Notes under the pieces: generated by a model
The model's database searches: none
Seen by the model: the letters and a program-made list of their open reading frames with translations, nothing else
What the model was told of the DNA's origin: nothing
In this document: positions 63,613 through 64,000 of the stretch, in pieces
How the letters are laid out: each line of letters starts with the position of its first letter
Numbering within the stretch: position 1 is the stretch's first letter
Translations under genes and position numbers: made by a program
Origin: Azolla caroliniana
Lineage: Eukaryota; Plantae; Polypodiophyta
DNA length: 64,000 nt
Direction: 5' to 3'
NCBI GenBank assembly: GCA_043228905.1
Contig: JBHGNT010000004.1
Coordinates: forward strand, 5,456,001-5,520,000

Positions 63613-64000
63613 TATAATTTTCTTCTTCCTCCTCGTTCACGCTATTTTTAGAAGCTTTTTATCTCCTATTTTTAGCTAAGACCCAATGACCTTCTAATCT
63701 TCATATCTCCCTCATCAAAGCTCCAAATTTAGTTATTTTAAACATAATATTTGGGTGAAAAACGAAGGAGTTATGACCATTCCTTTCTAACAGTTTTTTA
63801 TGGTCTGCTTTTTCTCTTTTTACTTTTCTCTTGGTCTCTTACTTTTACTTTTGACTTCTTCCTAAGGTTTTGGTTCGTGTTCTTAGCCTCCAAGTGTGAA
63901 TTATCCATACTTTATATTCTTCTAATGTTCAATCGCTTAGATTCTAAAAACACTTTCACAATAACTATGTGACTAAATGTCACCAGTGTCAGGTTAACAA

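Overview
Eukaryotic nuclear DNA from a large-genome land plant, probably a fern or other non-seed plant (inferred from the Tcn1-type chromovirus and RTE-X-like LINEs). There is one clear host gene: a two-exon ANKRD13-family ankyrin protein on the minus strand (12021-10240 and 9566-9207, 713 aa), with a hAT-type MITE in its intron. Almost everything else is nested transposon DNA. (i) A full-length Tcn1-like chromovirus spans 22666-39563 (TSD CTCTA). Both of its LTRs and its integrase are interrupted by LINEs. It has a self-priming PBS and a tRNA-like Pol III A/B box pair at the LTR edge. (ii) There are microsatellite-tailed RTE-X-like LINEs and (CT)n-associated L1 LINEs. (iii) There are several Ty1/copia and Ty3/gypsy remnants. 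(iv) A GC-rich, tRNA-Trp-primed, 4-bp-TSD, pol-less LTR family is present in three copies (23895-28956, ~51603-55302, 56957-62511), plus the 3' end of a pol-bearing relative (55303-56142). The most striking signal lies inside family (iv): about 25 copies of a ~55-nt three-way-junction motif and other hairpins whose base pairs covary while the encoded amino acids change. This suggests an undescribed structured-RNA module system. All structure calls were made by eye and need computational testing.
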